NCBI RefSeq assembly: GCF_006345805.1
Contig: NC_043002.1
Span: forward strand, 2,232,001 to 2,296,000
DNA length: 64,000 nt
Source: Octopus sinensis
Lineage: Eukaryota
Direction: 5' to 3'
Part shown: positions 40,749-55,447 of the stretch, piece by piece
Layout: each line of letters begins with the position of its first letter
Numbering within the stretch: the stretch's first letter is position 1
The notes under the pieces: model-generated
The model's database searches: none
The model's input: the letters and a program-made list of their open reading frames with translations, nothing else
What the model was told of the DNA's origin: nothing
Program-made: the position numbers and the translations under genes

Positions 40749-41959
40749 AACTGGGAAGGCGCGTGGCTTAGTGGTTAGGGGCAGTCGGCTCACGATTGTA
40801 AGGTCTTGAGTTCAATTCCCTTTTGGACATTGGGGTCGATTCGGCCTAAAATTTCTGACCTTGGGCTAAAATTTGAATTGGTCATTTTTCTTGTTCGAGA
40901 CTTTGACCACAACCTCGTGACAGCGCCTAAAACATCTCTCCTTCTCCATCTCCCTCTCTCCCTCCCTCTTTCTTTCTTTCTTTCTTTCTTCTTCCTTCTT
41001 GTTTTGCTGTCTCCAATAAACATGTTGCTACATGTTGCTACATGAAAAAAGATGTTTCACACTTTAAAGAGTGCAACTCGTCACAGATACAATTCCCGTT
41101 ATCTTGCTAATTGCAGTTTTTAATCTTTAAATCCATTCAACACACATCCTTTGACTTGAACTCAAAATAATCGCATTTATTCATTGAAAGATTTGACTGC
41201 TTATTCAATATTTTCCATTGCTCCACATCGACAAAAGCAACACAATTAATTAACTGTCAAGTAATTTCCGCCGCCCCCGCCCCCTGCCTCCAATAAATCC
41301 AAGTTTAACATGAAGGTCTTACACTGAATTGTAAATCTTCTACGTGAGTTATTAATCAGAACCTTGTAAATAGGGATCGATACGTTTCTAATGCTCTCGT
41401 TAGAGAATCAAGGTAAAGGTCACTTTCTTCTTCTTGTTTGATGCTTCCTTCTCTCTCTCTCTCTCATTTCCCTCAACTGGATTTGCTCCTGCTTTACAAA
41501 GGGAAACCCAATTACTATTCTCATGTAGATTATTCTCAAAAGTTCAACCAGTTTTCTTATCATCAACCTCTTTTTAAATGTCTTCAGTTTCAGAACGAAA
41601 TATATATTTTGGAGTGTGAATCAAAAGTCATTTTGTAGAAGTAATGTACAGTAAACCGACGGGGTCAGTAAATCGCTGGTACTTGTTTCTTAAAAACATT
41701 ATCAGCCTGGTGGCAGCAGAAGCTAACACACAAGTTGATACCGAATCGAAAAACACGAGGAAAATTAGTATCATACTCGCATTTGTAATCATAGAATATG
41801 AGGGTCAAATTTTAACTGTGATTCAAATATTTACCTTCTAACACCGAGAGTGTTTTATCAAATTTCCTGATACTTACTGTAACTTGCTGTCTAAAGTGAT
41901 ATTATATTAAATATCTACGAATCAGTTATTATTTGATATTCATGATTCTGTGTAACATT

Positions 41960-42170
41960 GGTTTCAAATTTTGGTACAAAGCCTGAAGTTTGGGTGAGGG
42001 AATAATCGATTGCATCGATTCCAATGTTCGGTTAGTACTTATTTCACCCACCCCGAAGCGATGAAAGGCAAAGTCGACCTCGGCGGAATTTGAACTCAGA
42101 AAATAAGGACAGAAGAAATGCTGCTAAGCATTTCGCCAGATAACCATTCTGCCGGTTCACCACTTTTTCA
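41960..42170 (-). mobile_element. tRNA-derived SINE
   Basis: GATGAAAGGCAAAGTCGACCTCGGCGGAATTTGAACTCAGAAA..GCTAAGCATTTCGCC. Confidence 0.8.
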
Positions 42171-43136
42171 AGATTCTGTGGAATATTAGCAATTACAAAC
42201 AGTTAATTTAATCACTCGATTGGTAAACCTTCTCTTTCTCAGAATTTCAAAACCTATACTTTTATCGTTTCCTAAATCAACGATAGTCTTTGATCTCCAA
42301 AACTTACTAAATCCATTTCCACTCTTTTATGATTCTTGCAACTTTCTCCATAAATTCGTACTCGATTTTCCTTAAATCTTGCATTAAATATTATCTGCTC
42401 TATCATTTAGCTGACCACCACATCGAGGAATCCCTTCTCCTGTTCCTGTAACACACCAAAGTGTACATTTCCCAACATTCAATTCACCAGATTCCTCTAC
42501 ACACGCCATATTTACCCAGTGCTACATCTAAAAGCTTTACATTAACTCTCTCTCTCTCTCTCTCTCTGCTTTATATGAAAGCGATGCAATATTTTGCATT
42601 TGCGGGGCTGTTAATTTCATTACTGCACATCAAAGTCAGTGGCATTGATATCGTAATAATGTTACAAACTTCATAGACTTAAAGCTTCATTTTGTTAGCA
42701 AGAGCAAACGTTTATGATAATAGTCTGGAGTTAAGTAAATGAATACACTATGAAGTTAGTATCAGTAATATAGAAGTAACTGCATTCCTTAATTTTTACG
42801 GTTATGTTAACATTAGACGGCGTTTGCCTCAAACTTTCATATTGCTACATTCACACCTTAATCATGTTCGATGCGACATTAACTGAAAACTTTCAATTGT
42901 TGTTAGAAAAACACGCATTAATCCACACATTGAGGTAGTAATCAGCGACAGAAAATATAATTCGGTCTGAACATACGAAGGTTTACACGATAATATGACT
43001 TCGTATAAAAGCGATCCATTTTCGGTGGTATACCCGGATATTATGTACCATCAAAATATACACCCGCCAAGAGATATAATCTTGAAACCTAATAACAACT
43101 TGATTTTTCTGTTTCTTTCCAGTCTATATTTCTGAT

Positions 43137-43187
<51 letters not shown>

Positions 43188-43759
43188 TTATGTATGTATG
43201 TATGTATATATGTATGTATGTATATATGTATATGTATAAGCATATATGCATATATTATATATATATATATTGCTATACACACACACACACATATATATAA
43301 TCATGACATAGTCTCTCGATGAAGACGATCTGTAAGTAAAGGCAAATAATTTAGCGAAGTCGAAATGATAAAAGAAGTACAACATTCAAACACAACTATT
43401 TAAAATGGGAAACACATCAGAAACCAATAAAAACAAACACAAGGTTAGCAAAAAGATAGAAATGCAGAACTGGTTAACTAAAGATAAACACGTTAAACCC
43501 ATTCAATTTATGTTCTTTACAGTACAGTTAAGTCCAGGCTTATTTGTTGTTACTGGATGACTACTCGCGAGTACCTTTAGACAAGCGAGTGTTTACGGGG
43601 ACGATTATAGCTGATATGCGTCAAATATATATTATTTTGAGTAGCATGAACACGAGATGACTAGTTAAGCCAGTATTTGACATGGCTTCGAAACCACAAC
43701 TAGGGCGATGATAGTTCGGAGGAAGATAAACACTGTCAGGATTAGGTTTTTTTCTTTTC

Positions 43760-44400
43760 ACGCAACATGTTGGGATGGAGAAATGTTTTATAAGACATTG
43801 ACTTCTCCACTCCATTCGACTGTTCAGGACGTCCTCCCAATCGTAGCGTTTCAGCTTAACCCTGAGTTCTCTTTATTCCGTAGTAGTGGTCAACCAAACT
43901 GTCCGCTGAATATTTTCAAGCTTCCCATAAAAGACTTGCTTCGGGAGCCTATCACTTCTCATCTGTAAAACATGGCCACACACCCGATTCAGGGAGATAA
44001 ACATTGACTGAATATCCCCGTTCTATACCTTTTCTTCCCATTTGAACTTGCATATTGTTTTCGGCACTTCCTGAGAAAGCTTTTCAATTATTTGATGCTT
44101 TTAATAAGGTGCCCAAAACTCTGCTCATATAAAAGAGCGATTAAGAGAAGATATTTCAGCTTTCGTTGTTGAGCCATCGTGTGTACTCCAAAGCCGTCTC
44201 TCAAAGCGTTTGCCAAAAGTTGTTTACCTGATACGTGCTTCAAATTCTTTACATTACCTTTAGTGTCATTTTTCATTGTGGAGCAAAGATAAGTGAAAGC
44301 ATTGACTGTTTTAAGCGCCGCATCTTCGGCATACTTACACGTCCTTATCTTGTTCACGTGCTCAAAGTCTCTTCCTGCACCTGTCACAGCCTAAATATCA
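43760..44400 (-). mobile_element. Decayed RTE-clade LINE, 3' part
   Basis: LKTVNAFTYLCSTM..D; KLKYLLLIALLYE; QMRSDRLPKQVFYGKL; WEDVLNSRMEWR. Confidence 0.75.
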
Positions 44401-44756
44401 CCTCCACTGTTCTTCGGCCAGGCTTCAAAATACACGCTACACGGTAGTAACTAAGTCGACGTTTATTGTCTTTAGACAAGTATAACTGAACGATTGTGGC
44501 ATCTTTAAATTGTTGGGCAGCAGATCTTCATTTCTATATCAGAACTAAAACTCTGTGAGCTTTTGAGCTAGAGTTAACCACGAACAATTTACAGTTTAAA
44601 CGCATACACACGCACACACACACATCTTTTAGCCTTTACTGGTTTCAAACATTGGACTGCAGCCATGCTGGGGTACAGCTTTGAGCAAGTTTTACTCGAA
44701 GGAATCGAGCCCAGTGCTTATTTTTTAAAGTAAAGAATAAATACTCTAGTCGTTTG

Positions 44757-44824
<68 letters not shown>

Positions 44825-44874
44825 CTATTACTTTAATAAATCTGATTATATATATATATATGCATATATATATA

Positions 44875-45150
44875 CGGACCGGGCTGCGTGTTGTGTTCTC
44901 GAGCAAGGCACTTTATTTCACGTTGCTCCAGTTCACTCAGCCGTAGAAATGAGTTGCAACGTCACTGGTGCCAAGCTGTATCGACCTTTGTCTTTCCCTT
45001 GGATAACACTGGTGGCGTGGAGAGGGGAGGCTGGTATGCATGGGCGACTGCTGGTCTTCCATAAACAACCTTGCCCGGACTTGTGTCTAGGAAGGTAACT
45101 TTCTAGGTGCAATCCCATGGTCATTCATGACCGAAGGGGGTCTTTACCCC
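44875..45150 (+). mobile_element. SINE body (central domain resembling Nin/Deu-type SINE cores)
   Basis: GAGCAAGGCACTTTATTTCACGTTGCTCCAGTTCACTCAGC..AAATGAG; domain assignment is from memory. Confidence 0.5.
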
Positions 45151-45239
45151 TTTTATATATATATGCATATATATATATGCTTTTTTCCTATTTATATATA
45201 TGCATATATACTTTGATAGGTTTCGGTCAGTATTGGCCC

Positions 45240-46740
45240 AGGCCATCTCTAACTTAATACCTGGCAATGTCATTCACCTGGCAATGTCATTTAAATCAGG
45301 AATCAGACAACATGGCCCAATAAAGGAGAGAGTTATTGTTTGTGGGGACATATCCAGGTGTAGGAGGTTTATCCGGGATTTCTTGAAGGAATTTCTCTAA
45401 AGACTTCTTGGACTTTATGGTGTATATTTCCATGTGACATGGAGCATTCTGGACAGGGCGGCACCATACAGGCATGGAGCTTACAAATATAATTTCAAGT
45501 GCAGACTCTGCCTATTAGAAAAAATGCACATCTTATTCAAAGACAATAATTCTTTGAATCAAAGAAGTGAGTTAATGAACTTATGTAGGCACGCGGCTAA
45601 ATTTAAAATGTCGAATATAAATATACCATATGGATAGAGTATATATTTTGTATTTTTGATTTTTGATTTTGATTTTGACTCTTGAACGTTACGACGGATT
45701 TTGATTCTGTTTCCAAGTTACGCGGATATTAATCCGTATAGCAAAGTCTTATGTTTCTACATATATATTAGGAAAAACCTACAAACTTTGTTTTCATGTT
45801 ATTGTATTGCATAGGATTACATTGATTATTTATATTACCGTGATTATTTATAAATGACCCAAAATAGGATGTTATATTTTATTTTATATGTCTTTCGTAT
45901 ATATTTTTATTAATGCACCCATTTTTTAAAAGCAATGTTTTTTTTTAAAAAAAGCAATGTTGTCAAAATTAGAATGTTTATATAAGTATGTGTATAGCAA
46001 AGCATATGTATTTGTAAGCATGCGTATCTGTGTATGTGTAAGTGAAAGTATGCTTGTGCTTAAGCACACATATACACGACGGTATGTATATGTATCCATT
46101 CAAACTTGTGTATGTATACTGGTTTCTATAGATGCCAATAACATCGTTACAAGTTTTGTCCCCACCCCTCCTTCGTTCCTTTTTCTCTCTTTCCCTTTCT
46201 TTCGTTCCCCCTCCTTGCTCAGTATATGAGAATTGCTACATAGATGAACTTTAGCTTGCGTGCGAGACGGTTTGCGTGAATATATGTACACATGCTTTTA
46301 TGTGTATATTTAGATTCATATTCATACGTCTGTATATGTATGTATGGCGTTTACGCGCATCCTTTTGTGTATGTTGATATATATATATGTAGATTTTAAT
46401 ATAAATATGTATTGCAGTATTTATAACAGGTTTAATTTCTATGCATTAATTTGTACTGTCTTCATTAACGGCAATAGGTTTTTTCCTCGGATTTTATAAT
46501 TTTTATAAGTTTTTTTATATATATAACATATTTTTGACCTTTTTGTTTATCGCTCGAAGATTGACCGTTTTTTCTAAAGGGCCAATCAAACAAGTCCATT
46601 TCTTTTTAAAGGTGTAGCGTTTGTAAGAGTATAGATTGAATTAATATATAAGTTCCATTCTAGCAAAAACTGTCTGATGAACGGCAACGAGAAACTCAGA
46701 GTAACAGATTTTGTTGAATTTTCTGCTGCTTAAAATAAAG
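45240..46740 (+). mobile_element. 3' part of a Penelope-like element (GIY-YIG C-terminus, long 3' UTR, HHR, ending at (TA)n)
   Basis: WSILDRAAPYRHG..CRLCLLEKMHILFKDNNSLNQRSELMNLCRHAAKF, homologous to 13600-13790; HHR at 46670-46707. Continuity across the UTR is inferred. Confidence 0.75.
46670..46707 (+). ncRNA. Minimal type I hammerhead motif
   Basis: CUGU CUGAUGA A CG-GCAA-CG A GAAA CUC A GAG UA / ACAG: 4-bp stem I, near-palindromic stem III ACUC-A-GAGU. Confidence 0.75.
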
Positions 46741-46802
46741 TATATATATATATATATATATACACATATATATATATATATACATATATATACATATATA
46801 TA

Positions 46803-46897
<95 letters not shown>

Positions 46898-47581
46898 TAC
46901 ATTATATATATATGTATTACATATACATAAATACATACATATAATATATGCATATATATACATATATATACACATATATATGCATATATATACATATATA
47001 TATACACATATATATGTATATATATATATATATTTATATACACATACACACATACACACATACAAGCTTTATTTTACGTCTACCATATTTACTCAGACTT
47101 TGTCGACTCACGTTTAGAGTAGAACCCACTTGCCCAAGGTGCCATTCAGTCGGACTGCACTCATGCGGCTAGGAAGCAAACTTCTCATTGCACAGCTACA
47201 CCTGCGACTCATTTAAATCCTAACGATTCTTCCTTTCGTAATTATTGTATATTTATAATATTCAATTGACATTCATAAATATAGTAAATAGAATAGAATT
47301 TTCAGCAGAAAAGAAGAATTCATTTTTTGCTTTATGTTTTCTAGGTTTTTATTTTTGTTGTTTTTCTATGGAAGAGAATTAAAATCCACATGAAAGGGAA
47401 ATCAAGAAGATACACATTAATTCCAAAAGTAGCAGGAAACAAAAAAAAACTTTCTACAAAAGATTTGCAGCATTCAATCAGAAGTGGAGAACAAAAGCTA
47501 TTTCGGTACAGGGGTGTATGCATTAGTGTACGTGTGCGCGTCTGTATATGCGTATATACGTATGTATGTATATATATATGC

Positions 47582-47665
<84 letters not shown>

Positions 47666-47789
47666 GTATGTATGTATGTATGTATGTATGTATGTATGTA
47701 TATAATATATGTATATATATGCACAGATATGTTTGTGTGTGTGTGTATACTTACATTAGTTTATGAGTATATGTACACATTCATGTACG

Positions 47790-47840
<51 letters not shown>

Positions 47841-48834
47841 GTGCGTGTGTGTGTGTGTGTTTATGTAACTCTATATTTGTCTACATGTACATGCTTTTAT
47901 GTTCTTTATTGTGCTTCAAGTTCGTGCATTTCCAATTCTTAAGAGTCTCCAAAAGAAATAAAAGAACATCTTAGTTTTCAGATCCAAAGTCGAGTTGTTT
48001 TAATTGAAGTAAAATACGCGATTGAAAATCTAAAAAGTGGAATTTAATATAAAACAAGCAGATCAAGTATAGGTTAATGATAGTATACGTTTCAAATTTT
48101 GGCACAAGGCCAGCAGACTTGGGTGCTCAACTGGTACTTATTTTATCGATCCCGAAAGGATGAAAGGCAAAGTTGAATTTGAACTTAGAATGTAAAGAGA
48201 AACGAAATGCTGCCAGGCATTTTACTGATGAAAACTAAAATATAATTTCCATAAAATCTGAAAGGAATCGAGTAACCCACGCACACGTTACACACCAAAG
48301 AGTAAATTCAGCCGTAATCATATAAGAATTCCTCTCGAGTCTATCCCACTTCCATATTGCCAAATTGTTTCGAATCTCGTACTTCTTGTAATTATTTCTT
48401 TCAAAAACAGAAATCACCAGTTTCCAGCGAGAGATTTACATAAAACTCTTCGTGTGGCTCTTTGAAGATTTATACTGACACCTTTTCTTTCGCGGTTTTT
48501 ACGAAACCAGAAACTATTTCCTTATGAATCTGCACTGAATTATTACCGAGATTTTTGATCAACCAGTTCTTCGTTTGGCTCACGGGCACCTATAAGCCCC
48601 ACTTCAACGAGGGTCCTTCCTTGCACTTTTTGCTAGGAATCCCTTAGGAATGATTATATTTTAGTGAAAGCAATGTTCTTTTCTGGCAGTCTCCTTCCGC
48701 CGCTCGCTTTCCATGTATGCTTTATTATCGCAAGACAATGAGTGGCGTTACTTGTTTCGCCGATAAAAAGGTGTCGACTTCCTGGTGGAAGAGCAGCAAC
48801 TGTGATTTATTGTGACTGATGGGTTTTATTTGAC

Positions 48835-49219
48835 ACTAGCAGTATCGCCCGGCGTTGCTCAGGTTTGTAAGGGAAATAACTATAAAGCATTTTTAGAGAG
48901 TTATAGCCAAAAAATAGCAAAAAAATGGAAAAAAATGATGGTAAATTTTTTTGAGAGTTAAAAAAGGTGGAGTTGCGTCCCCTAGACGGTCTGTGGTTTG
49001 GGTTTCTGATTCTCGACCCCATGTCGAATTTATCGATTTTTTTCAGAACTGAGGGAACTTTTCAAACTTTTCGCTGCGTTAGTTTTGAATTATGACATTG
49101 GGCTATGTGTGTGTCAAGTTTCATCAGAATCGGTTGAAAGCCGTGGTCAGGGTGAGGGTACGAGAAAACAGACACACAGACACACACACAGACAAACTGC
49201 CGTTTATATAGAGAGAGAT
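48835..49219 (+). mobile_element. Lep1-like non-autonomous Helitron/HINE-type element
   Basis: Begins ACTAGCAGTATCGCCCGGCGTTGC; ends with a (CAGACACA)n microsatellite followed by TTTATATAGAGAGAGAT, the architecture of Lep1-type elements. Confidence 0.6.
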
Positions 49220-51077
49220 TAGTCTTTTCCCTTTTCCCTTCTCCCCCTCTTCTGGACAGAAACATATCTTTTTGCAGCTAGATTTTCTGTCCACTACCAA
49301 AATATGTGGTTTCCTACCTAGAACCGTTACACGGGTGCAACATAGGAGACCTACTTGTCGATTGTTAAAGCCACATGGACATTTCGTGTGGTCTTCCAAA
49401 AAACAAATAGAGGCAGTACTCACCTATACATGGAGTATTTTCCACTATATTTGGCACTACATGTATTATGGCACTACATGTTTTTCTTAAATATATTTTA
49501 TTCATCTTAGAGTGAAGAGTCAAATATACCGATAGATTAACTGCTTATATTTTCTGCAGCATCCAATCGGGGTGTGTTGAGCCGGCTCCGACCAACGAGT
49601 TCACAGTTCATATTCGAAGTAGACTTTCCGTAGACTTTCGACCATTGCCGAGGATTCGCTGACTAAGTCACCGTCGATTGTCGGAGCAAACGTAGGCTGA
49701 GTTTCAAGAGGATTCTAGAGTCATACTTTAACAAAAGCTAAGGGACGCTTCACTCCCAGAGATCTTCCAGCACGCCGAATATCAACTCGGAATTTATGAG
49801 GGCCCCTTGCTAGGTGGATTAACTGTGCAGTATTCGGGAAGAAAACATATGAGGATCACCGAGAAATACATCGGGGACGACTTTCATCACCGAAGCAAAA
49901 TATAAGCAAATAGTAAAAATAGTCAGTTGAAACTTAATGATATATCACCTGTGGACTTAGGAGTTCTTATGATCCTGCAAGAACAGAAAATAATTTCGTA
50001 TTTGTGCCATACAGTTGGTATGAAGAGTAATATTTAACGACCGATCGTTCAGGGCCTATGCTACTGGTGGTCATTTTATTGCTTTCTGAGTAAAAGAGCT
50101 GCAGAATTCAAAAAACGGGAGACTAACAGCAGAAACTGCAGGTCACAGAGGCAGTATCGGCAAATACAGAAATGAAAATAGTTTCATATTTATGCATCTG
50201 TAGATCAGAATTCTTTATTTTCTTCTCACAATATTTTCACCAAAATCTGAATTTACCAAGCAGAGTACATGTTTCCGATGGCCGTTGTTAAGTCCCCACC
50301 AACGTATGTGTAGCGTTTGCAAATGGCATTGCTTACATTACGTTGGAACTAACAGATGTGTTGCTGTGGCGGTGAGGAATATCAGACTTGCTGTCGTTGT
50401 TGCTGCCATTGTTGTTGTTGTTCCTTCAGTTCTGGTTAGCGATATACCGCTGTTGCTATAATTGTTCTTGTGATACACTGACATGAACGAGCTGTCATTT
50501 GCTGGGATAATGACTACATCGCTACTCGCTCTCGAACCCTGACTATTCCCAATGTTGTTCATCCTCTTCTTTCACTGCGAATGTTATGTTTGATTAGCTA
50601 TCATCACGTTTTATAAACAGATCAAATGGCAGGTTTTGTAAAATTACAGTCTTCGTTGCTAGTAGCACCTCCTTAAAGGCGTTGTACAGCAGAAAAATGA
50701 CACCTTGCCAATATAAAGCAGTTCTTTCATCAAAGCCATCGACGAATACAAAATTAATGTAATCCTTGTTAAGCATAAAACGGCAGAAAATGTGAGAAAT
50801 CCAGAGGCAGAACGTTGCATGGTTCTCAACAATAACAACAATTATAACGACGAATATTTCCGATTAAGATAAAAGAGCAGAGAGATAGGTCGATTGCCTC
50901 GACCCCAGTACTTAACTGGTACCTTATTTCATCGATCTGAAAGGATAAAGTTGATTTCTACAAGAGTTAAACTTCGGACATACAGAACTGGAACAAATAC
51001 TAACAAGTAACGATTCAGCCTGTTCCCCTACCGTCATGAAAATAATAATAATAACAACAACAGCAACAACAATAATA

Positions 51078-51378
51078 AAATATCTGGAAATAGGGATAAC
51101 TCGAATGTGGAGTCTAAAAACAGAAACAATTCCTATCGTATTAGGCGCATTAGGCGTGATGAAAAAAACATACAAATACATAACAAAAACGGCAGGACTA
51201 ACAAGTATATATAACACACACAAAATAGCAATACTAGGCACCTTACACAGCCTAAATAAAACTCTTTCAATACAGGGGAAATAAGAGCATCATAACAAAC
51301 CACAGCACATACCCAGGGCACACAGCGCTGTACTCGGTGGTGCAGTGAAAGCACGATATAAAAATAAGACTACTGAAT
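51078..51378 (+). mobile_element. 5'-truncated R4/Dong-clade 3' end (family of unit A)
   Basis: KYLEIGITRMWSLKTETIPIVLGALG..AILGTLHSLNKTLSIQ; 3' UTR GAGCATCATAACAAACCACAGCACATACCCAGGGCACAC matches unit A; (TAA) tail. Confidence 0.85.
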
Positions 51379-51415
51379 GATAATAATAATAATAATTTTT
51401 TTTTAAATTTATTTA

Positions 51416-51566
51416 TTAGATATTCACTAGTACAACACCAAAAAAACCCCAAATATATGGCACACTAGGCATAACAACAACGTGAACTTCCAACCTGTTG
51501 TCTCTTGAGGTCTCTGGGTGAGACTTGAAACCAACTTGTACAAACATAAAGCAAAAGTCAAACATA

Positions 51567-51569
<3 letters not shown>
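51416..51569 (+). mobile_element. Solo 3' UTR of the R4/Dong family at 51643-55676
   Basis: About 90% identical by eye to 55520-55676; followed by (AAT)n. Confidence 0.9.
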
Positions 51570-51633
<64 letters not shown>

Positions 51634-51642
51634 TTAAAAAAA

Positions 51643-54600
51643 ATGTCCGGAGATAAAACTATCAACAAAAAAAATACAGACGAATATAGATCTGCTAGTC
51701 TTAAGAAGCGGCGCTATGAGCAATGCTTACATGTGAACCCTAAACTGACAGATCCATCTCCTAATATAAGAATGGATGCTCGTCATGCTTCAAGGTCAAC
51801 AAATCAAACAATAAACCGCATTGTTCATTGCGCGGATTACAAAAGACCACGTACCCGAAAATTTAACCAAATCCTGATTGAAAAATCAGTTACTGGATCA
51901 AATCTTCCCAACACACAGGAGCTGGACGAACCCCACAACCGGAATATTCCAACAGATGGCCATCCATGCTCATCACCAAATAATCAAAAGAAAAATAAGG
52001 AAAAATGGTCTAGGGAAGATAATAAAGAAGTTCTTGAGGCCTTCTACCATGCCATATATTTCCCCACAGATAAGTCTAGCACTGTACAAGCATACTTAAA
52101 CTGGAGACAGAAACGCCCTGAAGTAAGACCCTACATAGACAGTAACAAGCTTGCCAATGTTAGAAGAAACATTATAAAAAAGAAATTACTGACTGAAGTA
52201 GAGATTGATCAGGTTAGACAAGCAATATCGGATAAAATGAACGAAGCTGCAGCTAGAGAAGATAATACAGAGGAAATGATTATAGACCAGCCCAGGGCGG
52301 ATAAAAACGAAGAGAGGATTGAAAGAGTTAGTATAAGTGATAGGCAAAGTGAAATACGCCCTGAACCAATCATAAACACTAAGACAGATGAGCATCAAAT
52401 AGATAAAGAAAGTCACACAAATATTGACCCAACAGAACTACATGAGCTAAAAAATCAAATCATGATTGAATGGCTGAAAATTAAAGAAACCAGCATGGAT
52501 GAGCGTGATACACTTCCTAAAATCCGCAACTCTAACCAAAACATGAAAATAATTGGTAAAATCCGGCTTGCACTTAAGGATATAATTTCAGTTAATGATG
52601 TTGATATCACAAACCTCAACCACCTATACTATGCATCCGCGAAAATCTCAACGATCCTATGTGGTGTAAAGATTAGAAAACGGCAACAGTCCCACAAAAA
52701 GCCTTCTTGGCAAGAGCGTCTGCAACAACAATTAAGTATTTAGATCTGACATTGAATATTTGAAAAACCTTAAGGCTCACAAGACTACCAAACCTACAAA
52801 AACCCAAAAATTACTGAAAAAATACAATATGAAAACTATACTTGATATTGATGCCACCATAGAAACCATCAAACAAAAGGTATCTGCCAAAGCTGCCCGC
52901 ATAGCGAGGTATGAAAAGCGTGTTAGATTTTTCAAGGACAACAACATGTTCAAAAATAACACCAAGAATTTTTACAGGAAATAGGAAAAACAGCGTTTAC
53001 TGCAGGGTCTGTACCATCAAAAGAAGAAGTGCAGAGATTTTGGAATAAAATCTGGGCAGAAGAAAAAACACACAACGAAAAGGCCCCCTGGATTGACAGA
53101 ATATCTACAGAACTGGACCCCTTAGAAGAGCAAAAGTGGGAGGGTGCCAAGGTAGAAGATATAAGATCTGCTCTCAGGAGGTCAAGCAAATGGAAGTCTC
53201 CAGGAAAGGATAAAATTCCTAACTTCTGGCTGAATGCCTTCCAGAGAGCCATGAACTGCTAACAGAACTGTACAATGATGTTTTGCAACACCCTAGTAGG
53301 ATGCCTCCTTGGCTAGTTAATGGGTTAACATTCCTGCTTCCAAAAAGTGAAGAAACAAATGAACAAAAAACTATAGACCCATAACCTGCTTAACAACTAT
53401 GTACAAAACACTAACATCTGTCCTGACGGAATATACCTATAGTTTTTTAACAGACAGCAGCATATTCCCTAATGAACAGAAAGGATGTAAACGTGGATCC
53501 TACGGCTGTAAAGACCAACTACTCATCAATAAGATGATCTTAGAAGATTGTCACAAACGACACAAAAACTTATCAATAGCCTGGATAGACTATAAAAAGG
53601 CTTTTGATAGCCTACCACATAGCTGGATTAGGAAATGCCTTGAAATGTATAAGATAGCACCAACTCTGCGAAACTTCTTGACTGTAAGTATGAGATCATG
53701 GAGAACCACACTAACTCTGAACAGTGACAGTGAATCCCTAAATGCTGGTGATGTAAAAATTTCGTGTGGCATTTTCCAGGGTGACTCACTGTCACCACTC
53801 CTCTTTTGTTTATCCTTAATACCTCTCTCAAAGCTGCTCAATGACGCGCAGTACGGGTATAAAATGTTTGATAAAAATATAAATCATCTCGTTTACATGG
53901 ATGATTTAAAGCTTTCTGCAAAAATGATCAACAACTCAAGGCTTACTAGCGATAGTCAAACAATTCAGTGACGACATCAGAATGCAATTCGGCCTCGATA
54001 AATGTTCAAAGGCTACCTTTATCAAAGGAAAAATGACAGAAACATCTAACGTTAACCTTGACCAACAGAATGTCATAAAAGAACTAGACCCAGCGGAGAG
54101 CTACAAGTACCTAGGGGTAATTGAAGGGAACGGAATAAGGCATTCAGAGATGAAGGAAAGGATCAGGAGAGAATGCTATCGAAGAGTGAGAGCAATACTC
54201 AAGACAGAGCTGAATGCAAGAAACAGGATCGAAGCAATCAATGCATTAGCTATACCAGTCGTGACTTACAGTTTCAATATTGTTAACTGGTCAATTACTG
54301 AAATATGTCAGCTCGACAGAAAAATAAGGAAACTGTTGACAATGCATAGAATGCACTACCCTAAGGCAGATACAGAACGACTCTATCTGCCAAGAAAAGA
54401 GGTAGGCCGTGGTCTTTTGCAACTGACAATAACAATGAAGATTGCTACAATTGGCCTAGACACCTACCTGAAAAACTCTGAGGACTGGATGTTAAAACTT
54501 GTCTCAAAACATGAAAACAAGAAAGCATCATACTCAGTCACAAAACAGGCAAAGGAATATCTAAGTGAATTCCGAATACAACCAATTTCGGAATTAGAGA

Positions 54601-55447
54601 TAGACATACAAGAAACAAGCACAGAAAAAGCTAGGCGCATGAAAACCCGTGCCAAAACTGCGGCCTTAGATATTCTGAATAATAAATGGCAAGAAAAACC
54701 TCTCTATGGCAAATACCCAAAGAGAGCGAATAATGCAGATATCGACAAAGCCCTGACCCATCAATGGCTAATGGCCTCTGGCTTAAAATCTGAAACAGAG
54801 GGGTTTATCATAGCAGCTCAAGATCAATGCCTACCAACAAGAACTACCAGGCCAACATATTAAAGATCAGAAGCAGTCCAACGTGTCGTGTATGCAAGCA
54901 ACAAAATGAAACCATTGACCATGTGGTCTCCAAGTGCAGTCTTCTAGCGCCTACAGAGTATCTCAACAGGCACGATAGAGCTGCACAATATATTCACTGG
55001 GTAATCTGTAAAAACCTGGATTTGCCCCATGAAAAAACTGGTGGGAACAAACCACCCCCAGTGCTTGAAAATGACCACATCTCACTCCTCTGGAACTTCA
55101 CCATTCAAACTGACAGGACGATAGATGCAAATAGGCCAGACATCATATTGAAAGACTTCAAACAAAGAACATGCCTCCTCATTGATATGACTGTCCCAAT
55201 CGATATAAACGTATCTGTCAGGACCTACCAAAAACTGAGCAAATATAAAGATCTTGAAATAGAAATCAGCAAAATGTGGAAGCTGAAGACTAAAACAATA
55301 CCTGTTGTCATAGGTGCCCTGGGAATGATAGCAAAAGGGGCTGATAGCTACCTAACTCAGATACCAGGAAACCCAAAAATGGCAGAAGTTCAAAAGATAG
55401 TGCTCATGGGAACTGCTCATATCCTACGCAAAATACTCTCTATGTAA
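51643..55447 (+). pseudogene. RT plus CCHC zinc knuckle plus restriction-like endonuclease ORF, with several frameshifts and stops
   Basis: KWSREDNKEVLEAFY; KSPGKDKIPNFWL; GCKDQLLIN; AWIDYKKAFDSLPH; GIFQGDSLSPLLF; HLVYMDDLK; CRVCKQQNETIDHVVSKC; RPDIILKD..LIDMTVP..KLSKYKDL. Confidence 0.93.

Noticed and set aside
43315-43375. GAUGAAGAC..GUCGAAAUGAUA HHR-like remnant
   Set aside because: Core lacks the U of CUGA, and stems I and III are not supportable.
49590-49720. Minus-strand PTFAPTIDGDLV resembling a carboxylesterase motif
   Set aside because: Short match, flanked by stops, with no other esterase motifs nearby.
50594-50776. FVFVDGFDE resembling a NACHT Walker B motif
   Set aside because: No Walker A or further NTPase context; 60-codon frame only.
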